This document shows positions 1 through 9,974 of a DNA stretch of 64,000 bases, piece by piece; position 1 is the stretch's first letter; each line of letters opens with the position of its first letter. Both the position numbers and the translations under genes were made by a program. The notes beneath the pieces were generated by a model. The model did not search any database, was not told the DNA's origin, and worked only from the letters and a program-made list of their open reading frames with translations. The DNA lies in NCBI GenBank assembly GCA_013416795.1, contig RQSC01000033.1, positions 250,583 through 314,582 on the forward strand. Reading direction: 5' to 3'. This DNA comes from Prasinococcaceae sp. CCMP 1430. Its lineage: Eukaryota > Plantae > Prasinodermophyta.

Positions 1-1
1 G

Positions 2-2167
2 CGCGGCTTCGCGGCGGCGGCGCTGCGCGCGGGCAGGGGCTCCGGCCTTGAGCGCGGCGCGGTGACCGCAGGTTCCGGCAGGGAATTCTCCAGCGCGTCC
101 GCAGCGGCCGCCGAGGTCGCCGAGCTCGCGCCCGACGCGCCCGTCCTCGACGGGGACGCCGCGGCGCTCGGCGAGCTGGTCATCGAGGGGGCGGACGGGA
201 CGGCGGCCCGCAAGTCGGCGCAGAAGACCTATACGGGGCTTAACACCGTGGTCATCGACCCCAACGACTACAACCCGGTGCCGTTCGCCGACGCCGGCCT
301 GAGCGAGGAGCTGTCGGAGAAGCTGTCGGCGCGCGGCTTCACGGGCCTCTTCCCGATTCAGGCGGCGTGCCTCGAGCCCGCCATGGGCGGCCGCGACGTC
401 ATCGCGCGCGCGCGCACCGGCACCGGGAAGACGCTCGGTTTCACCATCCCCATCCTCGAGTCGCTGCTGAAGGCGCCGCAGAACCAGGGCCCGCCGCGCC
501 GCGGGCGCGCGCCGCAGGCGGCCGTGCTGTGCCCGACGCGCGAGCTCGCGCAGCAGGTGCAGCGCGAGATCGAGGAGTCGGTGCCGGGCCGCTTCTCTGC
601 GCTGTGCATGTACGGCGGGCAGAACTACCGCGACTCCGACCGCGCGCTGCGCAACGGCGTGGACGTCATCGTGGCCACCCCCGGGCGCCTGCTCGACCAG
701 CTCTCGAAGGGCGCGGTGGACTTCTCGCAGATCTCGCACTTCGTGCTCGACGAGGCAGACCGCATGCTCGACATGGGCTTCTCGGATGACGTGGAGGACG
801 TGCTGTCGTACATGGGCGAGGGCGAGCGCCAGACCATGCTCTTCTCCGCCACCATGCCGCCGTGGGTGCGCCAGCTGGCCGACCGCCACACGCGCGACGC
901 GGTGCGCATCGACCTCATCGGCGACTCCAAGGAGAAGGCCGCTTCGACCATCAGCTTCAAGGCGCTCGCCGTGCCCGAGAGGCGCTTCGCGCGCGCCGCC
1001 AAGAAGGCCGTCCTGCTCAACCTGATTACCACGTACTCGGATGCTAACACCATCATCTTCGTCAACACGAAGAGCGAGGCGGACGAGCTCTCCAACCACC
1101 TCGGCACCGTGGTGAGCTGCGAGGCGCTGCACGGCGACATCGCGCAGCAGCAGCGCGAGGTGGCCCTCGAGGGCTTCCGCAACGGGCGCTTCCGCGTGCT
1201 GCTGGCCACGGACGTGGCCGCGCGCGGCCTCGACCTGCCCGACGTCAACCTGGTCGTCCACTACGACTCGCCGAACGACGTGGAGAGCTTCCTGCACAGG
1301 TCGGGGCGCACCGGCCGCGCTGGCAAGGAGGGTGTGTGCATCTACATGTACGAGCGCTCCGGACAGGGTCGGCGCGAGCTGCAGCGCATCGTGCGCGAGG
1401 CTGGCGTCAAGTTCGAGGAGATTGCGGCGCCGCGCCCCGAGGACGTCGCCGTCGCGGCCTCGGGCGTTGCCATGCAGCGCATCGAGGGTGTCAACCCCGC
1501 CGCGATCGGCCTGTTCGAGGACAACGCCAAGGCCATGATCGATGAGTTTGGCGCCGAGGGCGCCGTGCAGCGCGCACTGGCGGTCATCACGGGTTTCACG
1601 GAGCCCCCCAAGGACCTGTCGGTGCTCAGCATGCGCGAGGACTTCGTGGCGATGCTCGTCACCTCCGAGTTCTTCAACATCGTCCGCCAAACGGACGTCT
1701 TCACTGTGCTGCAGGACACTCTCGAGCGCGGCGGCCTCTCGCGCGTCGTTGGCGACATCAACCTCACGCGTGACCGCGACCTCCCCGTGCAGGGCGCGGT
1801 GTTCGACGTGCCGCGCGATATGGCCGACCAGGTCCTGGCCGCCGAGGGTAAGTGGCCCAATGGCGTCAAGTTCGAGGCCATCACCGACGCGGCCTCGATG
1901 CCGCAGCTCGAGTTCAACGACCGCCGCGGCGGCGGCAGGGGTGGCGGCAGGGGCGGCGGCCGCGGCCGGGGAGGCTCTCGCTACGGCGGAGGAAACTTCC
2001 GCGGCCGCGGAGGTGGCCGCGGCGGGGGTGGGAGGGGTGGGAACTTCCGCCAGCGCCGCGACCGCTTCGACGGTGGGGGCGGGAGGCGCTTCCAGCACTC
2101 GTCCAGCAGGGGCCGCGGTGGAGGATACGGCGGAGGCGGCGGGGGCGGCGGGCAGTGGTACGACTAA
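2..2167 (+). CDS. DEAD-box RNA helicase, DDX21/RH3/RH9-like, with GUCT-like region and RGG tail; 5' end lies before the window
   Basis: Motifs Q (LFPIQ), I (ARTGTGKT), Ia (PTRELAQQV), II (DEAD), III (SAT), ATDVAARGLD and VI (HRSGRTGR), followed by an RGG-rich C-terminus. The frame is open from position 2; stop TAA at 2165-2167. Confidence 0.93.
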   Translation, partial: RGFAAAALRAGRGSGLERGAVTAGSGREFSSASAAAAEVAELAPDAPVLDGDAAALGELVIEGADGTAARKSAQKTYTGLNTVVIDPNDYNPVPFADAGLSEELSEKLSARGFTGLFPIQAACLEPAMGGRDVIARARTGTGKTLGFTIPILESLLKAPQNQGPPRRGRAPQAAVLCPTRELAQQVQREIEESVPGRFSALCMYGGQNYRDSDRALRNGVDVIVATPGRLLDQLSKGAVDFSQISHFVLDEADRMLDMGFSDDVEDVLSYMGEGERQTMLFSATMPPWVRQLADRHTRDAVRIDLIGDSKEKAASTISFKALAVPERRFARAAKKAVLLNLITTYSDANTIIFVNTKSEADELSNHLGTVVSCEALHGDIAQQQREVALEGFRNGRFRVLLATDVAARGLDLPDVNLVVHYDSPNDVESFLHRSGRTGRAGKEGVCIYMYERSGQGRRELQRIVREAGVKFEEIAAPRPEDVAVAASGVAMQRIEGVNPAAIGLFEDNAKAMIDEFGAEGAVQRALAVITGFTEPPKDLSVLSMREDFVAMLVTSEFFNIVRQTDVFTVLQDTLERGGLSRVVGDINLTRDRDLPVQGAVFDVPRDMADQVLAAEGKWPNGVKFEAITDAASMPQLEFNDRRGGGRGGGRGGGRGRGGSRYGGGNFRGRGGGRGGGGRGGNFRQRRDRFDGGGGRRFQHSSSRGRGGGYGGGGGGGGQWYD

Positions 2168-2492
2168 AAACATTCGGTGGCGTCTGCGCCCACGCTGTTG
2201 TATTTTTGTCATTGCGTAGAGTAAAGGACATTGAGATCATTTGAAGATTTTGAAGACGGCGGCGATCACCGCGCTCGCGCGAGCGCGACCGAGCAAGGTG
2301 TTGCGAGACGCGAGCGCGAGCGCGAGCGCTCCTCTGTTGCAAAAAAAAAAAACCAGGGGGAGGCGGCTGCACCGGCCAGCAGTGCCCTGTCGCCCCGCGA
2401 CGGGGCTTCGTTACATCGTCCCGGCGCCCTCGCGGGTGAGCGGCAAGCGTCGCGCTACCCTTTCATTTCCCTTGGCATCCCGCGGGCGCCTA

Positions 2493-3146
2493 CTAGTTGG
2501 CGCTCTGCTGTGGGCACTCGCGTTTGAGATGGTCGGAGGCACCGCATGTGTGGCAAGCGCGGGGCTCCTGGTTCTGCGGGCACTCACGACGTATGTGCCC
2601 CACCTCGCCGCACTGGTGGCAAGCCTTTTGTGAGTTGTCGACCGCGCGGCCGACATTCTTCGGGCATTCGCGCTTGAGGTGCCCGACGTCGCCGCAAGTG
2701 TGGCACGCCTTGGGTGCCGCCGCGCCGTCGCCGCCATCGCCGCCCTGCGGGCAATCGCGCTTCAGGTGCCCTACCTCGCCGCAAGTGTGGCACGCCTTGC
2801 CGACGCCCCGAGCCGTGGTCGAATCCACGGCCTTTCGCGGCGCGCGGTCCTCGCGCACCACCAGACGTCGGCCCGCGAGCTCGTAAGCGTTGAGTGCGGC
2901 GATCACGGCGGCGGCGGCCTCCACGGTCGGGAGTTGCGCGACGGCGTACCCGATGGAGCGGCCGGTGCGCGTGCGCGCCACCTCGCACGACAGAGGCACG
3001 CCAGCGCCAGGCACCTGCGCGACGACCGCGGCGAGCTCCTCTGACGTGGTCGCCCACGCGACGTTGCCGATGAATACACGGCCAGATCCCGTGGCCGCGG
3101 GCGTGGCGTTCATCACGCCCGCCGTCACCGGTTGCCCCGCGTCCAT
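2493..3146 (-). CDS. RRM (GBP2/hnRNP-M-like) plus four CCHC zinc knuckles; nucleic-acid-binding protein
   Basis: RRM runs RVFIGNVAW...GRSIGYA...LNAYELAGRRLVVREDR and is followed by four CHxCGxxxHxxRxC knuckles. Start taken at ATG 3146 (alternative 3113); tandem TAG TAG stop. Confidence 0.85.
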   Translation of the reverse strand: MDAGQPVTAGVMNATPAATGSGRVFIGNVAWATTSEELAAVVAQVPGAGVPLSCEVARTRTGRSIGYAVAQLPTVEAAAAVIAALNAYELAGRRLVVREDRAPRKAVDSTTARGVGKACHTCGEVGHLKRDCPQGGDGGDGAAAPKACHTCGDVGHLKRECPKNVGRAVDNSQKACHQCGEVGHIRRECPQNQEPRACHTCGASDHLKRECPQQSAN

Positions 3147-3155
3147 CAGCACCGC

Positions 3156-3156
<1 letters not shown>

Positions 3157-3189
<33 letters not shown>

Positions 3190-3192
3190 GCC
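3157..3192 (-). repeat. CAG/CAA trinucleotide run (polyQ if translated) just upstream of the RRM-knuckle ATG
   Basis: (CTG)n on the + strand, interrupted once by TTG. Confidence 0.8.
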
Positions 3193-3842
3193 TGCACGCC
3201 CGGGCCGCCAACGCCGCCGCGGTACAATTCCCGCGCGCCGCGCCGCCGCGCGCCCGCTGTGCGGGGCGCGGGGCGTAAGGCGCGCCCGGGGGTCGGGGAA
3301 GGGGTGAGTGCGTGGGGAAGGGGGGGGGGGGGGAGGATGGCGCGCGCCGGCCGCGCGCGGGTGGCTTTTTGATTGGGCGCCATCAAAACGCACGCGACCC
3401 GCCACGCGGGCGCGGGGCGCGCCGCTACCCTCCGCTCCCGCTGCTGCAAAGCACGCACAGGGCAATGCGGAGTGACGTGCCAAGGCCAAAATGCATTGCA
3501 AGCGAGCCAGCGCATTCAAACATACGTACGTACAGAACAGTAGACTACAGTCTATCTATCCACTGCACCAACGGCGGTCGCGCTCAACCCAAACGCGTGT
3601 TTTGGGTAAAAGACGGGAGACGGGTTTATTTTTGTGCGGCCTCGAGCGGCGGGTGTCGGGGGGGAGCTCTGGCGCCTGGCGGCCGGCCGGGCGAGGTGTT
3701 GAGTGTGTGGGTGGGTGCGTGTGGGTGGGTGGGTGGGTGCGCGTGCGGCGACGGCGGGATGGTGGGGTGTGGATGGGTGGGGAGGTGGGGGGGAGGGTAA
3801 TCTTCACAAAGGGTGACGTGCCAGGCATCAACGGCCTGCTCG

Positions 3843-6272
3843 ATGCCTGGGGCGCTCGCCGACGCGGGCGCAGCCGACAGCGAGGGCGGCTTGGACCCCT
3901 TCCAGGACGCAGAGGCGCGTGTGGAGGCCCTCGAATCCGAGTACGCGTCGTCGCTCCGGGACAAAGTGCAGGCGATGTGCGACCGCCTCACGAACGAGGA
4001 TGCGCCCGCCCTCGCAAGCGCACGCAAGCGATTCGATCGTGCGTCGCGGGCGAGCGATAAAGCGGGTGCGGCGGACGCAACCGGCGCCGATGTGGACCCC
4101 GAGCTCGCATCCGCGCGCAGCGCGCTCGCCGACGCCGTGCGCGCCGCGCGTTCATCGCAGCTGGCTGTGGCCAGCGTGAGGCAGCTCGAGGCCGCCGAGC
4201 GCAGGAAGTACCTCGAGGGCGCGGCGGTGGCGCTCGAGAGCGTGGTCGGCGGCACGTGCTCGGGCATATCCGGACCGCCGCGTGGGATCCAGGCGGCAGG
4301 TGGCGCTGCCAGCGACAACACAGGGGAACCGAGCCATGATGGTGGCAGCCAGGTCGCAGCAGGCAGGCCCGCGTCAGCTGCAGCGCTCGCAGCGTCGGTG
4401 ACGTGCGCGACGCGCGATGGCGAAGATTGCGGCGGCGGAGGCGGCAGCAGCCGGGGCAGTAGCAATCCCGCTGCGGGCCACCACAGGCAGGGGTCTTTCA
4501 CAAAAGCGGAGGTGTCGGCAATCATGGCGGAGGAGGCGGCCACCAACAGCAGCGCTGAGCGTGGGCGCGTGCTGGTGTCGGGCCACCTATTCAAGCGCGC
4601 AAGTACAGGCGTGTCGGGCATGTTTGGTGACTGGAAGCGCAGGCTCTTTGTGCTGGACGCGCGTGGCTCGCTGACGTACTACCGCGAGAAGGGGCGCATG
4701 GCACAGGCGCGCGCCTCTTTCTTCCAGAGCCGACGTCTGCCTACCGCTGACGGTGCTGAGGGCTACTCTGACTATGCGGCGCTACCGCCGACAGCCGATG
4801 GCTTCGGGGATGCTAGCGGCGACGATGGATTGTGCCTCGACGGTCTCGAGGCGCACGCGACCGTGGGCCTACTGACAGCGACTGTCAAAATCTGTCCAGA
4901 CGCCACGCTGCCGGCGCAGCGACGTTTCGCATTTCAGGTCGTGTCGCCAGATCGCACGTACCACCTAGCAGCAGAGAGCGAGGCCGAGCGCGATGAGTGG
5001 ATGGGCGCCATCGCCGCGGTCATCGGCGAGCTTCTCAATGGCAATTCCGCCTCGCCGATCGGAGCCGGCGGAGCCAGCGCGCTGGCGAGGGCTCGTGGCG
5101 GCGGTGGTATCCCGGCTCATGCCTGGAGTAGCAGTGGCGGCAGCGACGGTAGCGAGTCCACCCTTGACAGGTTGTTGACGTGCGCCGCGGGCAACGCCAA
5201 GTGCGTGGATTGCGGAGCTGAGCGGCCCGACTGGGCATCTATGAACCTCGGCGTGTTGTTGTGTATCGAGTGCAGCGGCGTGCACCGACGACTGGGCGTG
5301 TGTCTCAGCAAGGTCCGCAGCACCACGCTCGACGTGCGAGCCTGGGAGCCCAGCGTGATGGCGCTCTTCGCGGTCACGGGCAACGCTCGCGTGAATGAGA
5401 TCTTCGAGGCTCGCCTGGCGTCCGCTGAGCGTGAGGAGGAAGACTGGACGTGGTCAGCTGACGGCGGTGACTCAGATGCAGATGAGAGTGCTGATGGCAT
5501 CGTGTCGTCCGCGGCCCTCGAAGCGGTGACGAGGCCACGTTCGTCTGTTTCGGCCATCCTCAAGCCAAACCCGACGTCGCCGCTGGAGGCGAAGGAGGCA
5601 TTCATCACCAAGAAATATGTCGAGCGGCAGTTCGTGGCGCGAGTGGACGTCGCCGCACCCCGCGCAGGCATCGCCGCGCTCGCCGCGCAGGCGCGCGCTG
5701 CGGCGTTGCGCGGCGCAGCCGACGCAGTGCTCGTGCTGTGGGCATCCGGCGCCGACCTGAACACGCGCGCTTTCCCGCCACCCGAAGCGATGATCACACC
5801 TGCGGGGGGCGACTGCAGGACATGGGACGACGACGCTTCGGTGCTTGCGATGCTCACTGTCGCCGAGGGCGAGGAGGAGCCCAAGAGGTTCAAGTCTCTC
5901 GCGCACCGCTCGGCACGCGACGCCGCTGCGAAGCTGCTGCGTGTCGATGCCGACGCGCGCGCGCGCTGCAAGGCTGCGCGCGCCGGTGGGGGCACGCTGC
6001 TGCATTGCGTGGCCGCTGCGCACCACGTGGCCGCCGCCGAGGCGCTGCTGCAGAACGGCGCCGATCCGTTGTGCACCGACGCGTGCGGGCGCACGCCGCT
6101 GCACATTGCAGTCGAGCGCGGGGCGGAGGACGTGGCAGGCCTGCTCGCGCGGCGCGGAGGGGCGGCGGCGCTCGTCGCCCGGGATGCCTCTGGGCGAACG
6201 GCGCTCGATGCTGGAATCGAGCGAGGGCGCATTAGCACCGAGCTCCTCGGGCTCCTCTGTGCGCAAGAGTGA
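3843..6272 (+). CDS. ArfGAP with PH, ArfGAP zinc finger and ankyrin repeats (ACAP/AGD1-4-like)
   Basis: PH domain (SGHLFKR...WKRRLFVL...FQVVSPDRTYHLAAESEAERDEWM), CVDC-x16-CIEC with GVHRRLG and SKVRS, KEAFITKKY, and ankyrin motifs GRTPLH/GRTALD. The start codon is uncertain. Confidence 0.88.
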   Translation: MPGALADAGAADSEGGLDPFQDAEARVEALESEYASSLRDKVQAMCDRLTNEDAPALASARKRFDRASRASDKAGAADATGADVDPELASARSALADAVRAARSSQLAVASVRQLEAAERRKYLEGAAVALESVVGGTCSGISGPPRGIQAAGGAASDNTGEPSHDGGSQVAAGRPASAAALAASVTCATRDGEDCGGGGGSSRGSSNPAAGHHRQGSFTKAEVSAIMAEEAATNSSAERGRVLVSGHLFKRASTGVSGMFGDWKRRLFVLDARGSLTYYREKGRMAQARASFFQSRRLPTADGAEGYSDYAALPPTADGFGDASGDDGLCLDGLEAHATVGLLTATVKICPDATLPAQRRFAFQVVSPDRTYHLAAESEAERDEWMGAIAAVIGELLNGNSASPIGAGGASALARARGGGGIPAHAWSSSGGSDGSESTLDRLLTCAAGNAKCVDCGAERPDWASMNLGVLLCIECSGVHRRLGVCLSKVRSTTLDVRAWEPSVMALFAVTGNARVNEIFEARLASAEREEEDWTWSADGGDSDADESADGIVSSAALEAVTRPRSSVSAILKPNPTSPLEAKEAFITKKYVERQFVARVDVAAPRAGIAALAAQARAAALRGAADAVLVLWASGADLNTRAFPPPEAMITPAGGDCRTWDDDASVLAMLTVAEGEEEPKRFKSLAHRSARDAAAKLLRVDADARARCKAARAGGGTLLHCVAAAHHVAAAEALLQNGADPLCTDACGRTPLHIAVERGAEDVAGLLARRGGAAALVARDASGRTALDAGIERGRISTELLGLLCAQE

Positions 6273-6383
6273 GACGCTGCGCCGTTTTCTTCGTTGTAAG
6301 CTCATCCTGTACGATACTCTGCGGCTCGTGCCATCGCAGACGAATTTTACTGGTGCTGCGCACGTAGCAGCGGCCGTCGGTAA

Positions 6384-7178
6384 TTACTTGGGCGCGCTGC
6401 CGTCGGCCTCCTCGACGGCGATCTCGGCCTCCGCGGCGGCACCCTCGCCGGCGGCCGGCGCTGCCTCGTTCACGGCAACGGCAACCATCGCAGGGCGCAG
6501 CAATGTGCCGTCAAGCGAGAAGCCCTTGCGGAACTCCTGGAAGACGGCGTTGTCCTCCATCTCGTCGGTAGGCTGCCTCATGATAGCCTCCATGGTCTCC
6601 GGGTCGAACTGCACGCCGTCGGTCTTCACAACCTCGAGGCCGAACTTCTCCATGGACGCCAGCAGGCCCTTGTACACGCTCTGGTAGCTGTCGTTGACCT
6701 TGGCCGCCTCCTCGCTCTCCGTGTTCACCATGCCCTTGGCCTGCTCGAATGTGTCAATGGTGGGCAGCAGGCCGTCTATGATGTCGCCCTTCGCCTTGGT
6801 GGCGATCATCTCCTTGTCACGGGCCGTGCGCTTGCGGAAGTTGTCGAAGTCCGCCTGCAGGCGCAGGTACTGGTTGTTCATGTCGTCCTTGTCCGCCGTG
6901 GCCTTCTCCGCCGCTGCGAGGGCCTCCTCGGCCCCCGCCGCCGCGCTCGTCGCCAGCTCCACGATGGCGTCCGCATCCACGGCTTCCGCATCCAGCAGCG
7001 CGCGCAGCTTTGCCTCGAGGGTCTCCTCCTCCTCGGCAGCGGCGGCGTCGGCGGCCTCTTCGGCACCGACCTCAGCGTCCGAGGGGGCCTCCTCGACCTC
7101 CACCTCCGTCTCCGCTTCTGCGTCCGCTGCGCGCGCCGCGACCGCGCCGCGCTGCGCGTGCCGCGCCGCAGCAGCAGC
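6384..7178 (-). CDS. grpE: GrpE nucleotide-exchange factor, probably organellar (chloroplast CGE1-like); N-terminus runs into the gap
   Basis: YLRLQADFDNFRKR, LLPTIDTFEQA, FDPETMEAI and KGFSLDGTLLRPAMVAV are present. A VAARA-A transit-peptide-like junction precedes the acidic region. Confidence 0.93.
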   Translation of the reverse strand, partial: AAAAARHAQRGAVAARAADAEAETEVEVEEAPSDAEVGAEEAADAAAAEEEETLEAKLRALLDAEAVDADAIVELATSAAAGAEEALAAAEKATADKDDMNNQYLRLQADFDNFRKRTARDKEMIATKAKGDIIDGLLPTIDTFEQAKGMVNTESEEAAKVNDSYQSVYKGLLASMEKFGLEVVKTDGVQFDPETMEAIMRQPTDEMEDNAVFQEFRKGFSLDGTLLRPAMVAVAVNEAAPAAGEGAAAEAEIAVEEADGSAPK

Positions 7179-8097
7179 NNNNNNNNNNNNNNNNNNNNNN
7201 NNNNNNNNNNNNNNNNNNNNNNNNNNNNNNNNNNNNNNNNNNNNNNNNNNNNNNNNNNNNNNNNNNNNNNNNNNNNNNNNNNNNNNNNNNNNNNNNNNNN
7301 NNNNNNNNNNNNNNNNNNNNNNNNNNNNNNNNNNNNNNNNNNNNNNNNNNNNNNNNNNNNNNNNNNNNNNNNNNNNNNNNNNNNNNNNNNNNNNNNNNNN
7401 NNNNNNNNNNNNNNNNNNNNNNNNNNNNNNNNNNNNNNNNNNNNNNNNNNNNNNNNNNNNNNNNNNNNNNNNNNNNNNNNNNNNNNNNNNNNNNNNNNNN
7501 NNNNNNNNNNNNNNNNNNNNNNNNNNNNNNNNNNNNNNNNNNNNNNNNNNNNNNNNNNNNNNNNNNNNNNNNNNNNNNNNNNNNNNNNNNNNNNNNNNNN
7601 NNNNNNNNNNNNNNNNNNNNNNNNNNNNNNNNNNNNNNNNNNNNNNNNNNNNNNNNNNNNNNNNNNNNNNNNNNNNNNNNNNNNNNNNNNNNNNNNNNNN
7701 NNNNNNNNNNNNNNNNNNNNNNNNNNNNNNNNNNNNNNNNNNNNNNNNNNNNNNNNNNNNNNNNNNNNNNNNNNNNNNNNNNNNNNNNNNNNNNNNNNNN
7801 NNNNNNNNNNNNNNNNNNNNNNNNNNNNNNNNNNNNNNNNNNNNNNNNNNNNNNNNNNNNNNNNNNNNNNNNNNNNNNNNNNNNNNNNNNNNNNNNNNNN
7901 NNNNNNNNNNNNNNNNNNNNNNNNNNNNNNNNNNNNNNNNNNNNNNNNNNNNNNNNNNNNNNNNNNNNNNNNNNNNNNNNNNNNNNNNNNNNNNNNNNNN
8001 NNNNNNNNNNNNNNNNNNNNNNNNNNNNNNNNNNNNNNNNNNNNNNNNNNNNNNNNNNNNNNNNNNNNNNNNNNNNNNNNNNNNNNNNNNNNNNNNN
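7179..8097. other. Assembly gap (N run)
   Basis: 919 consecutive N. Confidence 1.
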
Positions 8098-8692
8098 CCG
8101 CGCCGCGGCCCTCGGGGTCGGCGCGCCCGGCGGCGGGCGGCGGGCGGCGGCGGGAGGGCGCGAGCTCGAAGTGGCCAGCTCTCCACACATCGCATCGTCG
8201 GCATCTGTTGAGCTGCCACGCGTGGACGCGCGCGCTCAACGTCCGAGTGGCACGGGCAGTGGCACGGGCCGGGGGCTGGGTGCGATGTGTGCTAGGCCGC
8301 CGCCCCCGGCCAGCCCGCAGCTGCAGCGGCGGGCCGAAGACGCTGAGGTCGGCGACGAGGAGGGTGGAGTCGACGTTCGCGACCGAGACGTGACACCCGT
8401 GCTGCTCGCCGACGTCGCCGTGTCCGTGCCAGCAACGCCAAAGGCGAAGCGCGACACAGCAAGCTGCGCGATCGCTTGCAACGACGGCGGCGCGCGCGGG
8501 GGTACGGCGCGCCTCGCGCCGCAGCGAAGCCCGCCTTGGAGGAAAATCTTGCACCGCGCCGGACGCCGCTCCGAGCCGCCAAGCCCACGCAGTGTCTCAT
8601 TGAGCGAGACCAAATGGTCCTCCCTTCGTTCGCTGCTCGCACGTCACTCAAAGTGTTCGCCGAGCGCTATCACCGCGGCGCGCAACGCGCTC

Positions 8693-9787
8693 ATGCCGCT
8701 GCGCCGGCGCATCGCGCGGCTCTCGCCACGCGCAGTGGTGGTGACGACGACACTGGTGGTGAGCGTGGCGCTCGTGGCAGCGATGTTGGCGCGGGGCGCC
8801 GGCAGCGCAACGGCAGCGCTGCAGCACGCGGTCAGCTCCCTCGCGTCGATGGCACGCGCCAGCAGGGATGAGCGCCGTGTCGTCGCTACCGCGGCGCTGG
8901 CTTTCCTCACTGTGGCGGCGCTCATCGCTGGCCTGCCGCCGGCGCCGCTCGAGATTGCTTGCGGTTTCGCGCTCGGTGCGGTCAGTGGCGGCGCCCTCGC
9001 GCTCGTCGCCAAGACGATCGGGTGTTGTGCGGCATTTGCTCTCGGTAGGGCCAGCTCTGCAGTCGTGTGGCGAACGGCATCAGCTGTCGCCATCGCGGTG
9101 AGCAGCTCGTTCGAAGGGGAGGAGAGCACGGACGAAGGTAGCGGTAGTGCGGGCGGCGATACAGGAACGGTCGACTCGGACGTGGGTGAATGCGGCGATA
9201 TCACGCGTCACCGAGACGAGACGTCACAGGGGGACGAGGTAGGTAGGGCTAGGTGCGCAGTAGCCGCTCCCACCGATGTTGGGGGCGACAGAAGGCGCCC
9301 AGCGCACGAGGAGGCGATGGCCGCGTCGAAGATCGAGACGACCAGCCAACACGCGCAGAGTGCAGCACGTGTGCTGCGGGCACTGCGGCGCGCAATCAAG
9401 CGCGCGCCGTGGCGCGGGGCACTGCTCGCGGCGGCGGCGCCGCTCCCGTGCAGCGTGAAGAATTACGGGATGGCAGCCATGCCAGAGGTCACGCTCGGCA
9501 CGTTCGCTGTTGCTACCCTGCTCGCGGGCGCCCCATACAGCGCGCTGCTGGCATTGGCAGGCTCGACCCTGGTCTCGCTCGAGGCCGAAGCTGGTGGTGT
9601 CCGAGACGGCTCGCTGCAGTGGATCCACATTGTCGTCGCTGCCCTGGCGGGCTCGACCGCGCTTGCCATTGCCGCTGCGGCAGCGTTTGCAGTGCGCCGC
9701 GAGCTCGCCGAGGAAGAGAGCGCCGACATGAAGGACTCGGGCGTCGGCGGCGTGCCGATGGACGCTGGCTGCGAACAGGCGGTCTAG
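8693..9787 (+). CDS. TVP38/TMEM64 (VTT/SNARE-associated) membrane protein
   Basis: PPAPLEIACGFALG...GGALALVAKTIGCCAAFALGR, then LAAAAPLPCSVKNYGMAA...FAVATLLAGAPY and a C-terminal TM. Start could instead be 8285; a possible intron spans 9045-9365. Confidence 0.72.
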   Translation: MPLRRRIARLSPRAVVVTTTLVVSVALVAAMLARGAGSATAALQHAVSSLASMARASRDERRVVATAALAFLTVAALIAGLPPAPLEIACGFALGAVSGGALALVAKTIGCCAAFALGRASSAVVWRTASAVAIAVSSSFEGEESTDEGSGSAGGDTGTVDSDVGECGDITRHRDETSQGDEVGRARCAVAAPTDVGGDRRRPAHEEAMAASKIETTSQHAQSAARVLRALRRAIKRAPWRGALLAAAAPLPCSVKNYGMAAMPEVTLGTFAVATLLAGAPYSALLALAGSTLVSLEAEAGGVRDGSLQWIHIVVAALAGSTALAIAAAAAFAVRRELAEEESADMKDSGVGGVPMDAGCEQAV

Positions 9788-9974
9788 CTCGGACCACGCA
9801 GCGAACGAGCTGCAGCGATAGCGTAGGCAGAAAGGCAGCCAGCGACTGCTGTTCCGTGGCACTTCAGGCAGTAACGCTACACAAGCTCGTACATTTTACA
9901 TACACTGGTCGAGGTGGCTCGCGCTGTCACGACGCAGACGCAAGGCCTGTGGTCTCACGGTTGGTGAGGCCACA

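Noticed and set aside
2493-2800. Retroelement gag nucleocapsid
   Set aside because: The CCHC knuckles are fused to an RRM, with no protease, reverse transcriptase, integrase or LTRs nearby.
7010-8554. Long ORFs crossing the N gaps (also at 12.1-12.8, 23.0-24.2 and 32.5-34.1 kb)
   Set aside because: They are artefacts of translating N runs as X; frame continuity across estimated gaps is not evidence.
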